DNA of 64,000 nucleotides from Escherichia coli (GTDB lineage Bacteria; Pseudomonadota; Gammaproteobacteria; Enterobacterales; Enterobacteriaceae): NCBI RefSeq assembly GCF_016903815.1, contig NZ_CP069973.1; one strand, 5' to 3'. Shown piece by piece: positions 24,909 to 36,360 of this stretch (position 1 is its first letter; each line of letters starts with the position of its first letter). The notes under the pieces were generated by a model. It saw only the letters and a program-made list of their open reading frames with translations, ran no database searches and was not told where the DNA came from. The position numbers and the translations under genes were made by a program.

Positions 24909-25847
24909 CTAACCAACTTCAATTAATTGCCTTCGTCTACACCCATTATAAGATGAATACTCTTTGGCTAATTCCACCAAAACCGATGCTGCTTTTTTAA
25001 TACGATAATTTTTCGACCATACCGCGGCATATTGTGCCACAGGTAATGTTTCTTCAACCGGAATAGTAATAAATTGATTTGAACCAAAAGGTGATGTCAT
25101 ATCACAAGGAATTACAGTTAAGAAATCAGCATTGAGAACAAGATTATAAATTGTCACGACTGAGTCGGTTTTAACGATGTTTTCAATACTGATGCCATTT
25201 CTTTGTAACGTAGTAAGTAGCTCGCTGTAGTACCCCATATTGGTTTGTGGCAACACCCACTGTTCGTTCTTCAACGACTCCAGCGTGGTGGTACCGGTGC
25301 ATGTTCGGGACTTACTGGCTACCAGCACAAACTCGGACTCGAACAGCGGCTCAACATGTAAATCCTGAAGCTTCATTTCTGCGCTTAACGTACCAATCGC
25401 AAAATCCAGTCGACCGTCGCGGATTGCCGGTAAGAACGAAGACAGTTGCGCTTCATACATAGAAACCTGCGCTTTCGGGAACACCTCTTTGAACTTGTTG
25501 ATCATCCCTGACATAAAAGTAAAACCAATCAATGAAGGAAAACCAAATGAGACTTCCACCACCGCCTCAGAAGACATACCGCTTATCTCATTAACCATAT
25601 TTTTCATTTCACGGGTAATGGATTCGGAACGGGAGAGTAACAATTGACCGGCAGGTGTTAATGTTACACCGGTATTTTTCCGCACCACTAATTCCACGCC
25701 AAAATAATCTTCAATATCGTTAATGATTTTACTGACGGCCGGTTGAGTTAACCCTAATTCTTTTGCAGCCGAGCCGATAGAGCCACTTCTAATGACTTCC
25801 TGAAAGACTACCAGGTGCTGCGTTTTCGGAAGAAGAATAGTGCTCAT
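24909..25847 (-). CDS. tdcA: LysR-family activator of tdc operon
   Basis: 312-aa ORF MSTILLPKTQHLVVFQEVIRSGSIGSAAKELGLTQPAVSKIINDIEDYFGVELVVRK... Confidence 0.92.
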   Translation of the reverse strand: MSTILLPKTQHLVVFQEVIRSGSIGSAAKELGLTQPAVSKIINDIEDYFGVELVVRKNTGVTLTPAGQLLLSRSESITREMKNMVNEISGMSSEAVVEVSFGFPSLIGFTFMSGMINKFKEVFPKAQVSMYEAQLSSFLPAIRDGRLDFAIGTLSAEMKLQDLHVEPLFESEFVLVASKSRTCTGTTTLESLKNEQWVLPQTNMGYYSELLTTLQRNGISIENIVKTDSVVTIYNLVLNADFLTVIPCDMTSPFGSNQFITIPVEETLPVAQYAAVWSKNYRIKKAASVLVELAKEYSSYNGCRRRQLIEVG

Positions 25848-26161
25848 AACGACCTACGTTAATTACCTCATTGACGGCATGAAGTGTATCAAAATGAAAT
25901 GAACAGGATATGTGCGACCACTCACAAATTAACTTTCAATACTTTTCAGGGTATCGTTATTCCAATTAAATATCTTTATATATCAATAAGTTAAAGTATA
26001 AAAATCAGCATAAACCCTGATTTTTGTCAAAAAAAATGACGGGGATAACCATATTTTATGGCGATAACATTATTCGTTATGTGGTTAATACAAAAAAGGG
26101 GCTGAGACCATATTTCAAGCAATTACCGGATAATTACCAGGCAAATTTTGAGTTAAATTTA

Positions 26162-26380
26162 ATGAGCAAGTTCTCAAATTTTATTATAAATAAATCATTT
26201 TCAGCGATAAATAATGCGGCACGTCACATTTTTTCACGCTATTTGTTGGAGAACAAACATTTATTTTATCAATATTTTAAAATTTCGAATACAGGTATTG
26301 ATCATCTCGAACAATTGATTAACGTCAACTTTTTCTCTTCTGACAGGACGTCATTTTGTGAATGCAATCGTTTTCCATAA
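26162..26380 (+). CDS. tdcR: tdc operon regulator TdcR (72 aa; ORF could extend to 26024)
   Basis: ORF 26024..26380; C-terminal 72 aa MSKFSNFIINKSFSAINNAARHIFSRYLLENKHLFYQYF... match TdcR; divergent from tdcA; AT-rich. Confidence 0.7.
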   Translation: MSKFSNFIINKSFSAINNAARHIFSRYLLENKHLFYQYFKISNTGIDHLEQLINVNFFSSDRTSFCECNRFP

Positions 26381-26635
26381 ATTCTTCTCCCCTCATAGGT
26401 GACGAATAGCATTTTGTGTTGAGGATCACAAAACGAATAATTGCTGGTCGCCGCGATAAGGTCAGCCAAAGACAACAAGGGGAATTTTCACAGAGCTTTT
26501 GATCGGCGTAGGCCACAGAATGTTGCTTCGTTTACTGTAATGCCGGGTAAATGAGCGTTTTTTGATAGTGCGAAAGTGCCGTGCGAGGAAAATAAGCATC
26601 TATTATTGTTTGTCATGATGACAAGGCAGGCATCA

Positions 26636-27175
26636 ATGAAAGGCTTCCCAATTGCACATATTTTTCACCCTTCAATCCCGCCAATGCACGCAGTGGTTAA
26701 CAATCACAACAGAAATATTGATTATTGGACGGTAAAAAGAAAGTTTGCAGAAATTGTCTCCACCAATGACGTTAATAAAATATACAGTATAAGTAATGAA
26801 CTGCGGAGAGTATTATCTGCAATTACTGCATTGAACTTCTATCAAGGCGATGTTCCTTCTGTCATGATTCGAATCCAACCGGAAAATATGAGTCCATTCA
26901 TCATAGATATTTCTACAGGAGAACATGACGATTATATCATACAAACATTAGATGTAGGCACTTTTGCACCTTTTGGCGAACAATGTACTTGCTCAGCCGT
27001 CAATAAAAAAGAGCTGGAGTGTATTAAGGAGACGATTTCTAAGTATTGTGCAAAATTCACCCGAAAAGAAGCCATCTTAACCCCCCCTACGTACTTTAAT
27101 AAAACCGCCATTCCTTCAGATTGTTGGCAAATTCTCTTTTTTTCACCCGATCATTTTAATAATGATTTTTATTGA
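26636..27175 (+). CDS. yhaB: uncharacterised protein YhaB
   Basis: ORF 26576..27175; MKGFPIAHIFHPSIPPMHAVVNNHNRNIDYW... (179 aa); low-GC coding sequence. Confidence 0.75.
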   Translation: MKGFPIAHIFHPSIPPMHAVVNNHNRNIDYWTVKRKFAEIVSTNDVNKIYSISNELRRVLSAITALNFYQGDVPSVMIRIQPENMSPFIIDISTGEHDDYIIQTLDVGTFAPFGEQCTCSAVNKKELECIKETISKYCAKFTRKEAILTPPTYFNKTAIPSDCWQILFFSPDHFNNDFY

Positions 27176-27196
27176 TTATTTATGAAGGATAAAATA

Positions 27197-28384
27197 ATGT
27201 CCCCTGTTTCATCAATTGGTAATGATATTAGTAGTGATTTAGCCCGTCGAAAAATGAATGACCTTCCTGAAAGCCCCATAGGAAATAACCTCGAAGCACT
27301 AGCACCAGGCATAGAAAAACTAAAACAGACCTCTATTGAAATGGTCACTTTACTTAACGCGTTACAACCAGGTGGGAAATGCATTATCACTGGTGATTTT
27401 CAAAAAGAATTAGCGTACTTACAAAATGTAATTCTTTATAATGACTCCTCTCTTCGTATGGATTTTTTTGGTTATAACGCCCGAATTATTCAACGATCAG
27501 ACAATACCTGTGAACTTACAATTAATGAACCGTTAAAAAACCAGGAAATATCCACAGGCAATATCAATGTTAATTGCCCATTGAAAGACATTTACAATGA
27601 AATCAGGAGGTTGAACGTAATCTTTAGTTGTGGGACTGGAGGTATAGTTGATCTATCCTCTCTGGACTTACGGAATGTCGATTTAGAACTTTATGATTTT
27701 ACAGATAAACATATGGCCAATACAATTTTAAATCCTTTTAAATTGGATGACACAGATTTTACTAATGCCAACATGTTTCAGGTAAATTTCGTTAGTTCAA
27801 AACAAAACGCCACAATCTCATGGGATTATTTACTAAAAATAACGCCTGTTATAACAAGCATTAACGATATGTATTCTGAAGAAAAAATTAAGCTTGTCGA
27901 AAGTTGTTTAAATGCGCTTGGAGATATTACCGAAGAACAATTAAAAATTATGAGACTTGCAATTATAGAATCTATACCAAGAGCAACTCTAACAGATGAA
28001 TTAGAAAATGAATTAACAAAAGAAATATATAAAAGCTCATCGAAAATTAACAATTACTTGAGCAGAATTAAATTACCAGAGATGAAAGCATTCTCATTAG
28101 AAAAAATAGATTATTACATCGATATAATCATTAAAGATTATGAAAGCGTCAAAGAAAATGCTTATCTAATCGTTCCAAAAATTAATTACAATACAGATTT
28201 AAACATAGAGGACTCTAGCTCAGAGGAATTCCTTCCAGATAATACAATCGAGAAAGACGAAAATTCTCCAGACAATTGCTTTGAAGTCGTAAAATATAAT
28301 ACATATGAAGCTTATAACTCAGAGAAGCAATATTATACCAGAGAGGACTATACGTATGATTACGACCTTTTAAATGCAATATAG
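27197..28384 (+). CDS. yhaC: uncharacterised protein YhaC with short pentapeptide-repeat-like segment
   Basis: ORF 27182..28384; MSPVSSIGNDISSDLARRKMNDLPESPIG... (395 aa); segment LSSLDLRNVDLELYDFTDKHMANTILNPFKLDDTDFTNANMFQVNF; low GC. Confidence 0.75.
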   Translation: MSPVSSIGNDISSDLARRKMNDLPESPIGNNLEALAPGIEKLKQTSIEMVTLLNALQPGGKCIITGDFQKELAYLQNVILYNDSSLRMDFFGYNARIIQRSDNTCELTINEPLKNQEISTGNINVNCPLKDIYNEIRRLNVIFSCGTGGIVDLSSLDLRNVDLELYDFTDKHMANTILNPFKLDDTDFTNANMFQVNFVSSKQNATISWDYLLKITPVITSINDMYSEEKIKLVESCLNALGDITEEQLKIMRLAIIESIPRATLTDELENELTKEIYKSSSKINNYLSRIKLPEMKAFSLEKIDYYIDIIIKDYESVKENAYLIVPKINYNTDLNIEDSSSEEFLPDNTIEKDENSPDNCFEVVKYNTYEAYNSEKQYYTREDYTYDYDLLNAI

Positions 28385-28429
28385 ACTTAATAACTTCTTA
28401 CAAAGTCTATTATTAATACCGTAGATATT

Positions 28430-28774
28430 CATCTTACCCTGTGCACCAAAAGCAAAAACTTATCGACGCGGGTTTGAAACTGATTGCAACCGCAAAAATG
28501 CCTGATGCGCTACGCTTATCAGGCCTACGCCATCTCTGCAATATATTGAATTTGCGTGCTTTTGTAGGCAGGATAAGGCGTTCACGCCGCATCCGGCATG
28601 AATAAAGCGCACTCAACAATCTGAAACCCGCCAGTTTACGCTGCCGGGTTTTCGTTAAAAGAGGTGAAACTGACCAATAAGCCGCTTTCTTTTGAGTATA
28701 GTGTCGTGGACAGTCATTCATCTTTCTGCCCCTCCAAAAGCAAAAACCCGCCGAAGCGGGTTTTTACGTAAATC
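28430..28774. repeat. tandem degenerate repeats of the rnpB 3'-terminal/terminator sequence plus REP elements
   Basis: aggtgaaactgacc(a/g)ataagccg...gtcgtggacagtcattcatct...ccaaaagcaaaaac(cc/tt)...cgggttt occurs in successive diverged copies (28441-28500 partial, 28661-28770, then genuine rnpB 3' end); REP at 28500-28600. Confidence 0.8.
28741..28768 (-). terminator. rnpB intrinsic terminator
   Basis: Minus-strand hairpin acccgcttcggcgggt followed by ttttt immediately 3' of M1 RNA. Confidence 0.8.
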
Positions 28775-29151
<377 letters not shown>

Positions 29152-29158
29152 GGCGCGC

Positions 29159-29187
29159 AGTATAGAGGGTTTGCGCGCCCTTGTCAC
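29159..29187 (-). promoter_or_regulatory. rnpB promoter (-35 GTGACA, 17-bp spacer, -10 TATACT, GC-rich discriminator)
   Basis: Minus-strand gtgaca-N17-tatact-gcgcgcc-G(+1) immediately upstream of M1 RNA 5' end; -35 overlaps the garK stop codon. Confidence 0.7.
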
Positions 29188-30329
29188 CCCGCGTTGCGCA
29201 TTCCAATCGCCAGTGTCGCGGCGATATTACGTGAAGCACGGTAAATATTGTCATAAGCCCCGCGGAATGCTTCGTCCAACGTACCAATACTGGTCAATAC
29301 GCTGAAGACCGCATCAATGCCATGCTGATGTACAACGCCAACATCATTGGTCAGGCTACCCGCAATGCCAATCACCGGTTTATTGTACTTTTTCGCCACG
29401 TTTGCGACGCCAATCGGAACCTTGCCGTGTATACTCTGGCTGTCAATACGCCCTTCACCGGTGATCACTAGCGTACAATCGTGAATATGTTCCTCCAGAT
29501 TCAGCGCCGTAGTGACGATTTCAATACCACTTTTCAGTTCCGCACCAAGAAACGCCATTAGCGCCGCGCCCATACCACCCGCAGCTCCTGCGCCGGGGAC
29601 ATCTTTCACATCAACATGCAGCGCTTTTTTAATGACATCGGCATAGTGAGAGAGGTTATTGTCCAGCTCAACAATCATCGCTTCACTGGCTCCCTTTTGT
29701 GGGCCAAAGATGCGCGATGCACCGTTATCGCCCACCAGCGGATTGGTGACATCACAAGCGACGCGAATGACGCAATCTTTTAAGCGCGGATCGAGGCCGG
29801 AAATATCAATATCATTCAGAGTATTAAGACTACCGCCGCCAAAACCAATTTCATTGCCGTTGGCGTCGCATAATTTCGCCCCCAGCGCCTGTACCATGCC
29901 TGCACCGCCATCATTTGTAGCGCTACCGCCAATGCCGATAATAATGTTTGTCGCGCCGCTCTCCAGCGCCTGCAGGATTAACTCGCCTGTGCCGCGTGAA
30001 GTGGTCACGAGTGGATCGCGTTTTTCCGCAGGTACCAGCTCCAGCCCACTGGCCGCCGCCATTTCAATAAACGCGGTTTTGCCATCGCCGGAGATCCCCC
30101 AACTGGCATTCACCTTCTCGCCCAGCGGCCCTGTAACCCAGGCGTGACGTTCGGAACCCTGGGTGGCTGCAATCATCGCTTCCACCGTTCCTTCGCCACC
30201 GTCGGCAACCGGAACAGAAACGTACTGTGCATCAGGAAAAATTTCCCGAAATCCTTTTTCTATCGCCTGCGCAACCTCGCTGGCAGATAAACTTTCTTTA
30301 TAAGAGTCTGGGGCGATTACGATTTTCAT
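29184..30329 (-). CDS. garK: glycerate 2-kinase
   Basis: ORF 29184..30410; MKIVIAPDSYKESLSASEVAQAIEKGFREIFPDAQY... (381 aa). Confidence 0.9.
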   Translation of the reverse strand: MKIVIAPDSYKESLSASEVAQAIEKGFREIFPDAQYVSVPVADGGEGTVEAMIAATQGSERHAWVTGPLGEKVNASWGISGDGKTAFIEMAAASGLELVPAEKRDPLVTTSRGTGELILQALESGATNIIIGIGGSATNDGGAGMVQALGAKLCDANGNEIGFGGGSLNTLNDIDISGLDPRLKDCVIRVACDVTNPLVGDNGASRIFGPQKGASEAMIVELDNNLSHYADVIKKALHVDVKDVPGAGAAGGMGAALMAFLGAELKSGIEIVTTALNLEEHIHDCTLVITGEGRIDSQSIHGKVPIGVANVAKKYNKPVIGIAGSLTNDVGVVHQHGIDAVFSVLTSIGTLDEAFRGAYDNIYRASRNIAATLAIGMRNAG

Positions 30330-30425
30330 ACCTATGCCTGTTACCACATGACGCCGGAGGGCGTTTCTCTTATTCGGCCTGGATTCCAGGCCCGGATTGC
30401 AATACGCCATCCGGGCACGACGTCA

Positions 30426-31310
30426 TTAACGAGTAACTTCGACTTTCGCCAGTTTTTCGTAGTAGCACGCCAGGGCGCTATGATCTGCCGTTCCTAAACC
30501 ATCTGCTCGCACTGCCTGCATCATCTCCATAACCGCAGCTGTGAGCGGCAGTTGCGCGCCGACGCCGTGGGAAGTATCCAGCGCATTTGCCAGATCCTTA
30601 ATATGCAGATCAATACGGAAGCCCGGCTTGAAGTTGCGGTCCATCACCATCGGCGCTTTGGCATCCAGCACGGTACTGCCCGCCAGTCCACCGCGAATTG
30701 CCTGATACACCAAATCCGGGTTAACGCCCGCTTTGGTTGCCAGCGTTAACGCTTCTGACATCGCGGCAATATTCAGCGCCACAATGACCTGATTTGCCAG
30801 TTTGGTGACGTTACCTGCACCGATTTCCCCGGTATGCACCACGGAACCCGCCATCGCTTTCATCAAATCATAGTATTTGTCGAAAATAGCCTTGTCGCCG
30901 CCCACCATCACTGACAGCGTACCGTCGATAGCTTTCGGTTCACCGCCGCTCACCGGAGCATCCAGCATATCAATGCCTTTCGCTTTCAGCGCTTCGCTGA
31001 TTTCACGGCTTGCCAGCGGTGCGATAGAACTCATATCGATCAATACCGTACCTGGCTTCGCGCCTTCAATAATGCCATTCTCACCCAGCGCCACCTCTTT
31101 CACATGAGGGGAGTTTGGTAGCATGGTTATGATGACGTCGCACTGTTCAGCGATCGCTTTAGCCGTAGAGGCTGTTTCTGCACCTGCAGCAATCACGTCA
31201 GCAATAGCTTCTGGGTTACGGTCAGCAACCACCAGCGAGTAACCTGCTTTCAGAAGGTTTTTACTCATTGGTTTACCCATAATCCCCAGGCCAAAAAAAC
31301 CAACTTTCAT
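30426..31310 (-). CDS. garR: tartronate semialdehyde (2-hydroxy-3-oxopropionate) reductase
   Basis: ORF 30426..31325; MKVGFFGLGIMGKPMSKNLLKAGYSLVVADRN... NAD-binding Rossmann; start could be 31316. Confidence 0.88.
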   Translation of the reverse strand: MKVGFFGLGIMGKPMSKNLLKAGYSLVVADRNPEAIADVIAAGAETASTAKAIAEQCDVIITMLPNSPHVKEVALGENGIIEGAKPGTVLIDMSSIAPLASREISEALKAKGIDMLDAPVSGGEPKAIDGTLSVMVGGDKAIFDKYYDLMKAMAGSVVHTGEIGAGNVTKLANQVIVALNIAAMSEALTLATKAGVNPDLVYQAIRGGLAGSTVLDAKAPMVMDRNFKPGFRIDLHIKDLANALDTSHGVGAQLPLTAAVMEMMQAVRADGLGTADHSALACYYEKLAKVEVTR

Positions 31311-31345
31311 AGTCATATCAATCATCTCTCTTGTTGCGGTGGTGG

Positions 31346-32116
31346 TTATTTTTTAAAGGTATCAGCCAGTTTCTGAGTGGCAGAGCGGAAGACGCCGAGA
31401 TCGCTGCCGACAGCCACAAACGTCGCCCCCCATTCCAGATAACGACGCGCATCGGCTTCGACCGGTGCGAGGATACCGCTGGGTTTGCCGTGCGCACTGG
31501 CACGGTTAAAAATATGCTGAATTGCTTTTTGTACATCCGGGTGCGAGGCATTGCCGAGATGGCCTAATGCCGCAGCCAGATCGCTGGGGCCGACGAAGAT
31601 ACCGTCTACGCCTTCGGTAGCGGCAATGGCATCGACGTTATCTACGCCCTGCTGACTTTCTATCTGGACCAGAATGGTGATGTTCTTGTTCGACTGAGCG
31701 AAATAATCCGCCACGGTGCCAAACATATTGGCGCGGTGAGAAACGGAGACGCCGCGAATGCCTTCCGGTGGGTAACGGGTTGATGCCACCGCCTGCTCTG
31801 CTTCCTCTTTTGTTTCTACAAAAGGAATCAGGAAGTTATAGAAACCGATATCCAGAAGACGCTTAATAATTACCGGCTCGTTGGTCGGCACTCGCACTAC
31901 TGGCGCGCTGGCGCTGCCTTTCAGGGCCATTAACTGCGGAATAAACGTGGAGATATCGTTTGGCGCATGTTCGCCATCCAGCACCAGCCAGTCAAACCCA
32001 GCCAAACCAAGAACTTCAGTGCTAATCGGGTTAGAGAGTGCTGACCAGCAACCAATTTGTACCTGTTTCGCAGCCAGTGCGGCTTTGAATTTATTCGGGA
32101 AAACATCGTTATTCAT
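31346..32116 (-). CDS. garL: 5-keto-4-deoxy-D-glucarate aldolase
   Basis: 256-aa [57 protein letters not shown]... Confidence 0.92.
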
Positions 32117-32131
32117 CGCTTATACCTTTGC

Positions 32132-33466
32132 TTATTTCTGCAATTCCATACGTTTAATGTCGCCAACTACAAAGAGGTAGCAGACCATCGCCATCAGCGC
32201 TGAACATCCCACGAAAACCAGTGCTGCATTGAAGGAGTGCAGTTCACTTACCAGATAGCCAATCACCAGTGGAGTGACAATGGAGGCAACATTGCCAAAG
32301 ACGTTAAAGACGCCGCCGCAGAGGCCAACAATCTCTTTCGGCGCGGTGTCAGAAATTACCGGCCAGCCCAGCGCACCAAATCCTTTGCCAAAGAAAGCCA
32401 GCGCCATCAGCATGACCACCAGCGTGGTGTTGTTGGTGTAGTTACATAAGATGATGGTGGAAGCCAGCAACATTCCCAGCACAATCGGTAGCTTACGTGC
32501 CAGGGTCAGGGACAAACCGCGTTTGATCAGATAATCCGAGAAGACACCTCCCAGCACGCCGCCCGCAAAGCCACACAGTGCCGGAATCGAGGCGACCAGA
32601 CCCACTTTCAGAATCGACATGCCTTTTTCCTGCACCAGATAAATTGGGAACCAGGTGAGGAAAAACCAGGTGATGGTGTTGATAAAATATTGTCCGAAAA
32701 ATACGCCCAGCATCATGCGGTTAGAGAGCAATTGCTTGATGTAATGCAGTTTGGGACCGCTTGCTGCCGCACTGCCCGGCTTTTTATGGTCCATATCGAC
32801 CACCGCGCCATTTTCTGAGATAAACTTCAGCTCTTCCGCAGACATACGTGGGTGATCTGTCGGGTTATGAATCAACTTGATCCACAGCGCCGTCAGCACA
32901 AAACCAATTACCCCCATAACGGTAAAGACGTGCTCCCAGCCCCAGGCGAAAGTCAGCCAGCCAAGCAGCGGCGAAAAGAGCGCCAGCGAGAAATATTGCG
33001 CCGAGTTAAAGATGGCGGAGGCAGTACCACGTTCTTTCGTCGGGAACCAGGCGGCGACAATACGGGCGTTCGCCGGGAATGATGGCGCTTCCGAGAACCC
33101 CAGCATAAAGCGCATAAAGAACATGGAGATCCCTGCCCAGGCCAACGGGAACATATCAACAAAGCCTTGCAGGAAGGTGAACAGCGACCAGAAAAAGAGG
33201 CTGTAGGTGTAAACTTTTTTCGAGCCAAACTTATCAAGCAACCAGCCGCCGGGGATTTGCATCAGCAGGTAGGCCCAGCCAAAAGCGGAGAAGATGTAAC
33301 CCATCGAAACCGCACTTAACTGCAACTCTTTTGCCACTTCGGTACCAGCAATAGACAGCGTTGCACGATCGGCGTAGTTAACGGCGGTAACAATAAAAAT
33401 AATCAGTAATATTAAATAGCGGGTATGCACGCCTTTCTTTTTTACGTCAACGGTGTCTAGAATCAT
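32132..33466 (-). CDS. garP: galactarate/glucarate MFS transporter
   Basis: 444-aa polytopic ORF MILDTVDVKKKGVHTRYLILLIIFIVTAVNYADRATLSIAG... Confidence 0.92.
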   Translation of the reverse strand: MILDTVDVKKKGVHTRYLILLIIFIVTAVNYADRATLSIAGTEVAKELQLSAVSMGYIFSAFGWAYLLMQIPGGWLLDKFGSKKVYTYSLFFWSLFTFLQGFVDMFPLAWAGISMFFMRFMLGFSEAPSFPANARIVAAWFPTKERGTASAIFNSAQYFSLALFSPLLGWLTFAWGWEHVFTVMGVIGFVLTALWIKLIHNPTDHPRMSAEELKFISENGAVVDMDHKKPGSAAASGPKLHYIKQLLSNRMMLGVFFGQYFINTITWFFLTWFPIYLVQEKGMSILKVGLVASIPALCGFAGGVLGGVFSDYLIKRGLSLTLARKLPIVLGMLLASTIILCNYTNNTTLVVMLMALAFFGKGFGALGWPVISDTAPKEIVGLCGGVFNVFGNVASIVTPLVIGYLVSELHSFNAALVFVGCSALMAMVCYLFVVGDIKRMELQK

Positions 33467-33840
33467 TTTATTTACCTCGGGTACTTATGCTGATTTTTAT
33501 TATTATGGGGAAGGTGTTATTTATGAGTTTTATTTATGCCGTTACGGCAATGAACTCGGGAATTAGTATAAGCAGCGCGAGAATAATAATCATTGTGCAA
33601 ATGCTAATTTAATTAATACTATTTAAATATTATTTTGAGCATATGCACATAAGGTTGCGCGCTAAAGCACAGATTTGCGCTTTACCTTACCGTGCGGCAC
33701 TGCAATCCCTGAAATGATTGACATTGATCACATTTCTGCGTTTAAACTCCTGACATTCTTATTTCACCCAATGAAGTCATTTATTTTTAAATGAGACCAG
33801 GTCCTCATTTTAATAACCCCTGGCTGGAGAATATTGCACA

Positions 33841-35412
33841 ATGGCCAACATCGAAATCAGACAAGAAACGCCAACTGCGTTTTATATAAAAGTTCACGAC
33901 ACAGATAATGTGGCAATTATTGTTAATGATAATGGCCTGAAAGCAGGAACGCGTTTTCCGGATGGGCTGGAATTAATTGAACATATTCCCCAGGGGCATA
34001 AAGTCGCATTGCTGGACATTCCGGCTAATGGTGAAATTATTCGTTATGGCGAAGTGATTGGTTACGCCGTGCGCGCAATCCCACGCGGAAGCTGGATCGA
34101 CGAATCAATGGTTGTACTACCGGAAGCGCCGCCGTTACACACGCTGCCACTGGCAACCAAAGTCCCGGCCCCCTTACCGCCACTGGAAGGATACACCTTT
34201 GAGGGCTATCGCAATGCCGATGGCAGCGTGGGCACCAAAAACCTGCTCGGCATCACCACCAGCGTCCACTGTGTGGCAGGCGTGGTGGACTATGTAGTAA
34301 AAATCATTGAACGCGATCTGCTACCGAAATACCCGAACGTCGATGGCGTGGTGGGGCTGAATCATTTGTACGGCTGTGGCGTGGCGATTAATGCACCGGC
34401 GGCAGTGGTGCCTATTCGTACCATCCACAATATTTCGCTGAACCCTAACTTTGGCGGCGAAGTAATGGTGATTGGTCTGGGTTGTGAAAAGTTGCAGCCT
34501 GAGCGCCTGCTGACTGGAACGGATGATGTGCAAGCTATTCCAGTAGAAAGCGCCAGCATTGTCAGTTTGCAGGATGAAAAGCATGTCGGCTTTCAGTCCA
34601 TGGTCGAGGATATTTTGCAGGTCGCCGAACGCCATTTGCACAAACTGAATCAACGGCAGCGAGAAACCTGTCCGGCTTCAGAACTGGTTGTCGGCATGCA
34701 GTGCGGCGGCAGCGATGCGTTTTCTGGCGTAACGGCAAACCCGGCGGTTGGGTATGCGTCTGATCTACTGGTGCGCTGCGGCGCAACGGTGATGTTTTCA
34801 GAAGTCACGGAAGTGCGTGACGCGATCCATCTGCTGACACCACGCGCAGTGAACGAAGAGGTCGGCAAACGGCTGCTGGAGGAGATGGAGTGGTACGATA
34901 ACTATCTCAATATGGGAAAAACCGACCGCAGCGCCAACCCTTCGCCGGGCAACAAGAAAGGCGGTCTGGCAAACGTGGTGGAGAAAGCGCTCGGCTCCAT
35001 TGCTAAATCGGGTAAAAGTGCAATTGTTGAAGTGCTGTCGCCCGGTCAACGCCCGACTAAACGCGGATTAATTTACGCCGCGACGCCAGCCAGCGATTTT
35101 GTCTGTGGCACGCAACAGGTGGCTTCAGGGATTACCGTGCAAGTGTTTACGACCGGTCGCGGTACGCCGTACGGCCTGATGGCGGTACCCGTCATTAAAA
35201 TGGCGACCCGCACCGAGCTGGCGAACCGCTGGTTTGATTTAATGGATATTAATGCGGGCACCATCGCTACCGGCGAAGAAACTATTGAAGAGGTGGGCTG
35301 GAAGTTGTTCCACTTTATTCTCGACGTCGCCAGCGGGAAGAAGAAAACCTTCTCAGATCAATGGGGACTGCATAACCAGCTGGCGGTGTTTAACCCAGCA
35401 CCGGTGACCTGA
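33841..35412 (+). CDS. garD: galactarate dehydratase
   Basis: 523-aa [45 protein letters not shown]... Confidence 0.92.
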   Translation: MANIEIRQETPTAFYIKVHDTDNVAIIVNDNGLKAGTRFPDGLELIEHIPQGHKVALLDIPANGEIIRYGEVIGYAVRAIPRGSWIDESMVVLPEAPPLHTLPLATKVPAPLPPLEGYTFEGYRNADGSVGTKNLLGITTSVHCVAGVVDYVVKIIERDLLPKYPNVDGVVGLNHLYGCGVAINAPAAVVPIRTIHNISLNPNFGGEVMVIGLGCEKLQPERLLTGTDDVQAIPVESASIVSLQDEKHVGFQSMVEDILQVAERHLHKLNQRQRETCPASELVVGMQCGGSDAFSGVTANPAVGYASDLLVRCGATVMFSEVTEVRDAIHLLTPRAVNEEVGKRLLEEMEWYDNYLNMGKTDRSANPSPGNKKGGLANVVEKALGSIAKSGKSAIVEVLSPGQRPTKRGLIYAATPASDFVCGTQQVASGITVQVFTTGRGTPYGLMAVPVIKMATRTELANRWFDLMDINAGTIATGEETIEEVGWKLFHFILDVASGKKKTFSDQWGLHNQLAVFNPAPVT

Positions 35413-35434
35413 TTTCTTTTGGAACGTCCCTCGC

Positions 35435-35464
35435 AAAACATGGCCTTAGTGCCATGTTTTTATT
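35435..35464 (+). terminator. intrinsic terminator after garD
   Basis: aacatggc-cttagt-gccatgtt hairpin followed by ttttatt. Confidence 0.75.
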
Positions 35465-35560
35465 GTTTAAAGTCCCCACGTCCATTAATAATGCATTTGC
35501 ATTACCTTAGTTCAAGCTTATAATTTGAGCAGAAAACAGGCTGTAAAAGGACAGTGAATC

Positions 35561-35896
35561 ATGCCCGCTAATGCTCGCTCTCACGCTGTACTGACCACTG
35601 AATCAAAGGTCACGATACGCGGACAAACAACTATCCCCGCGCCAGTGCGTGAGGCCTTAAAACTGAAGCCAGGCCAGGACAGCATTCATTACGAAATTCT
35701 GCCTGGTGGGCAAGTATTTATGTGCCGACTGGGAGATGAACAGGAGGATCATACTATGAATGCATTTTTGCGTTTTCTGGATGCAGATATCCAGAACAAC
35801 CCGCAAAAAACTCGTCCATTCAACATTCAACAAGGAAAGAAACTTGTCGCTGGCATGGACGTCAACATTGATGATGAGATTGGCGACGACGAATAA
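35561..35896 (+). CDS. prlF: type II antitoxin PrlF (SohA), AbrB-fold
   Basis: 111-aa ORF MPANARSHAVLTTESKVTIRGQTTIPAPVREALKLKPGQDSIHYEIL...; acidic C-terminus. Confidence 0.92.
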   Translation: MPANARSHAVLTTESKVTIRGQTTIPAPVREALKLKPGQDSIHYEILPGGQVFMCRLGDEQEDHTMNAFLRFLDADIQNNPQKTRPFNIQQGKKLVAGMDVNIDDEIGDDE

Positions 35897-36360
35897 TGGA
35901 TTTTCCACAAAGGGTTAATGGTTGGGCGCTATATGCTCATCCCTGTTTTCAGGAAACCTACGACGCTTTAGTTGCCGAAGTCGAGACATTAAAGGGAAAA
36001 GATCCTGAAAATTATCAGAGAAAAGCCGCCACAAAGTTATTGGCGGTAGTCCATAAAGTGATTGAGGAGCATATCACGGTCAATCCATCATCACCGGCAT
36101 TCCGTCATGGCAAGTCGTTAGGCTCTGGGAAAAATAAAGACTGGTCACGGGTAAAATTTGGTGCTGGTCGTTATCGTCTCTTCTTTCGTTATAGTGAAAA
36201 AGAGAAAGTCATCATTCTGGGATGGATGAACGATGAAAACACTCTGCGCACCTACGGTAAAAAAACAGATGCCTATACCGTATTCAGCAAAATGTTAAAA
36301 AGAGGACATCCTCCTGCCGACTGGGAAACCCTCACCCGAGAGACAGAAGAACCCCATTGA
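35896..36360 (+). CDS. yhaV: type II toxin YhaV (ribosome-dependent mRNA endoribonuclease)
   Basis: 154-aa ORF MDFPQRVNGWALYAHPCFQETYDALVAEVETLKGKDPENYQ...; start overlaps prlF stop by 1 nt. Confidence 0.92.
   Translation: MDFPQRVNGWALYAHPCFQETYDALVAEVETLKGKDPENYQRKAATKLLAVVHKVIEEHITVNPSSPAFRHGKSLGSGKNKDWSRVKFGAGRYRLFFRYSEKEKVIILGWMNDENTLRTYGKKTDAYTVFSKMLKRGHPPADWETLTRETEEPH

Noticed and set aside
28434-28721. 95-aa minus-strand ORF
   Set aside because: Runs through REP elements and rnpB-3' repeat copies; no coding-like composition.
33467-33840. Possible CdaR operator repeats in the garP-garD divergent region
   Set aside because: Saw partially similar gcgctaaagc / gcgctttacc blocks but could not establish a convincing repeat or palindrome by eye; not reported as a feature.
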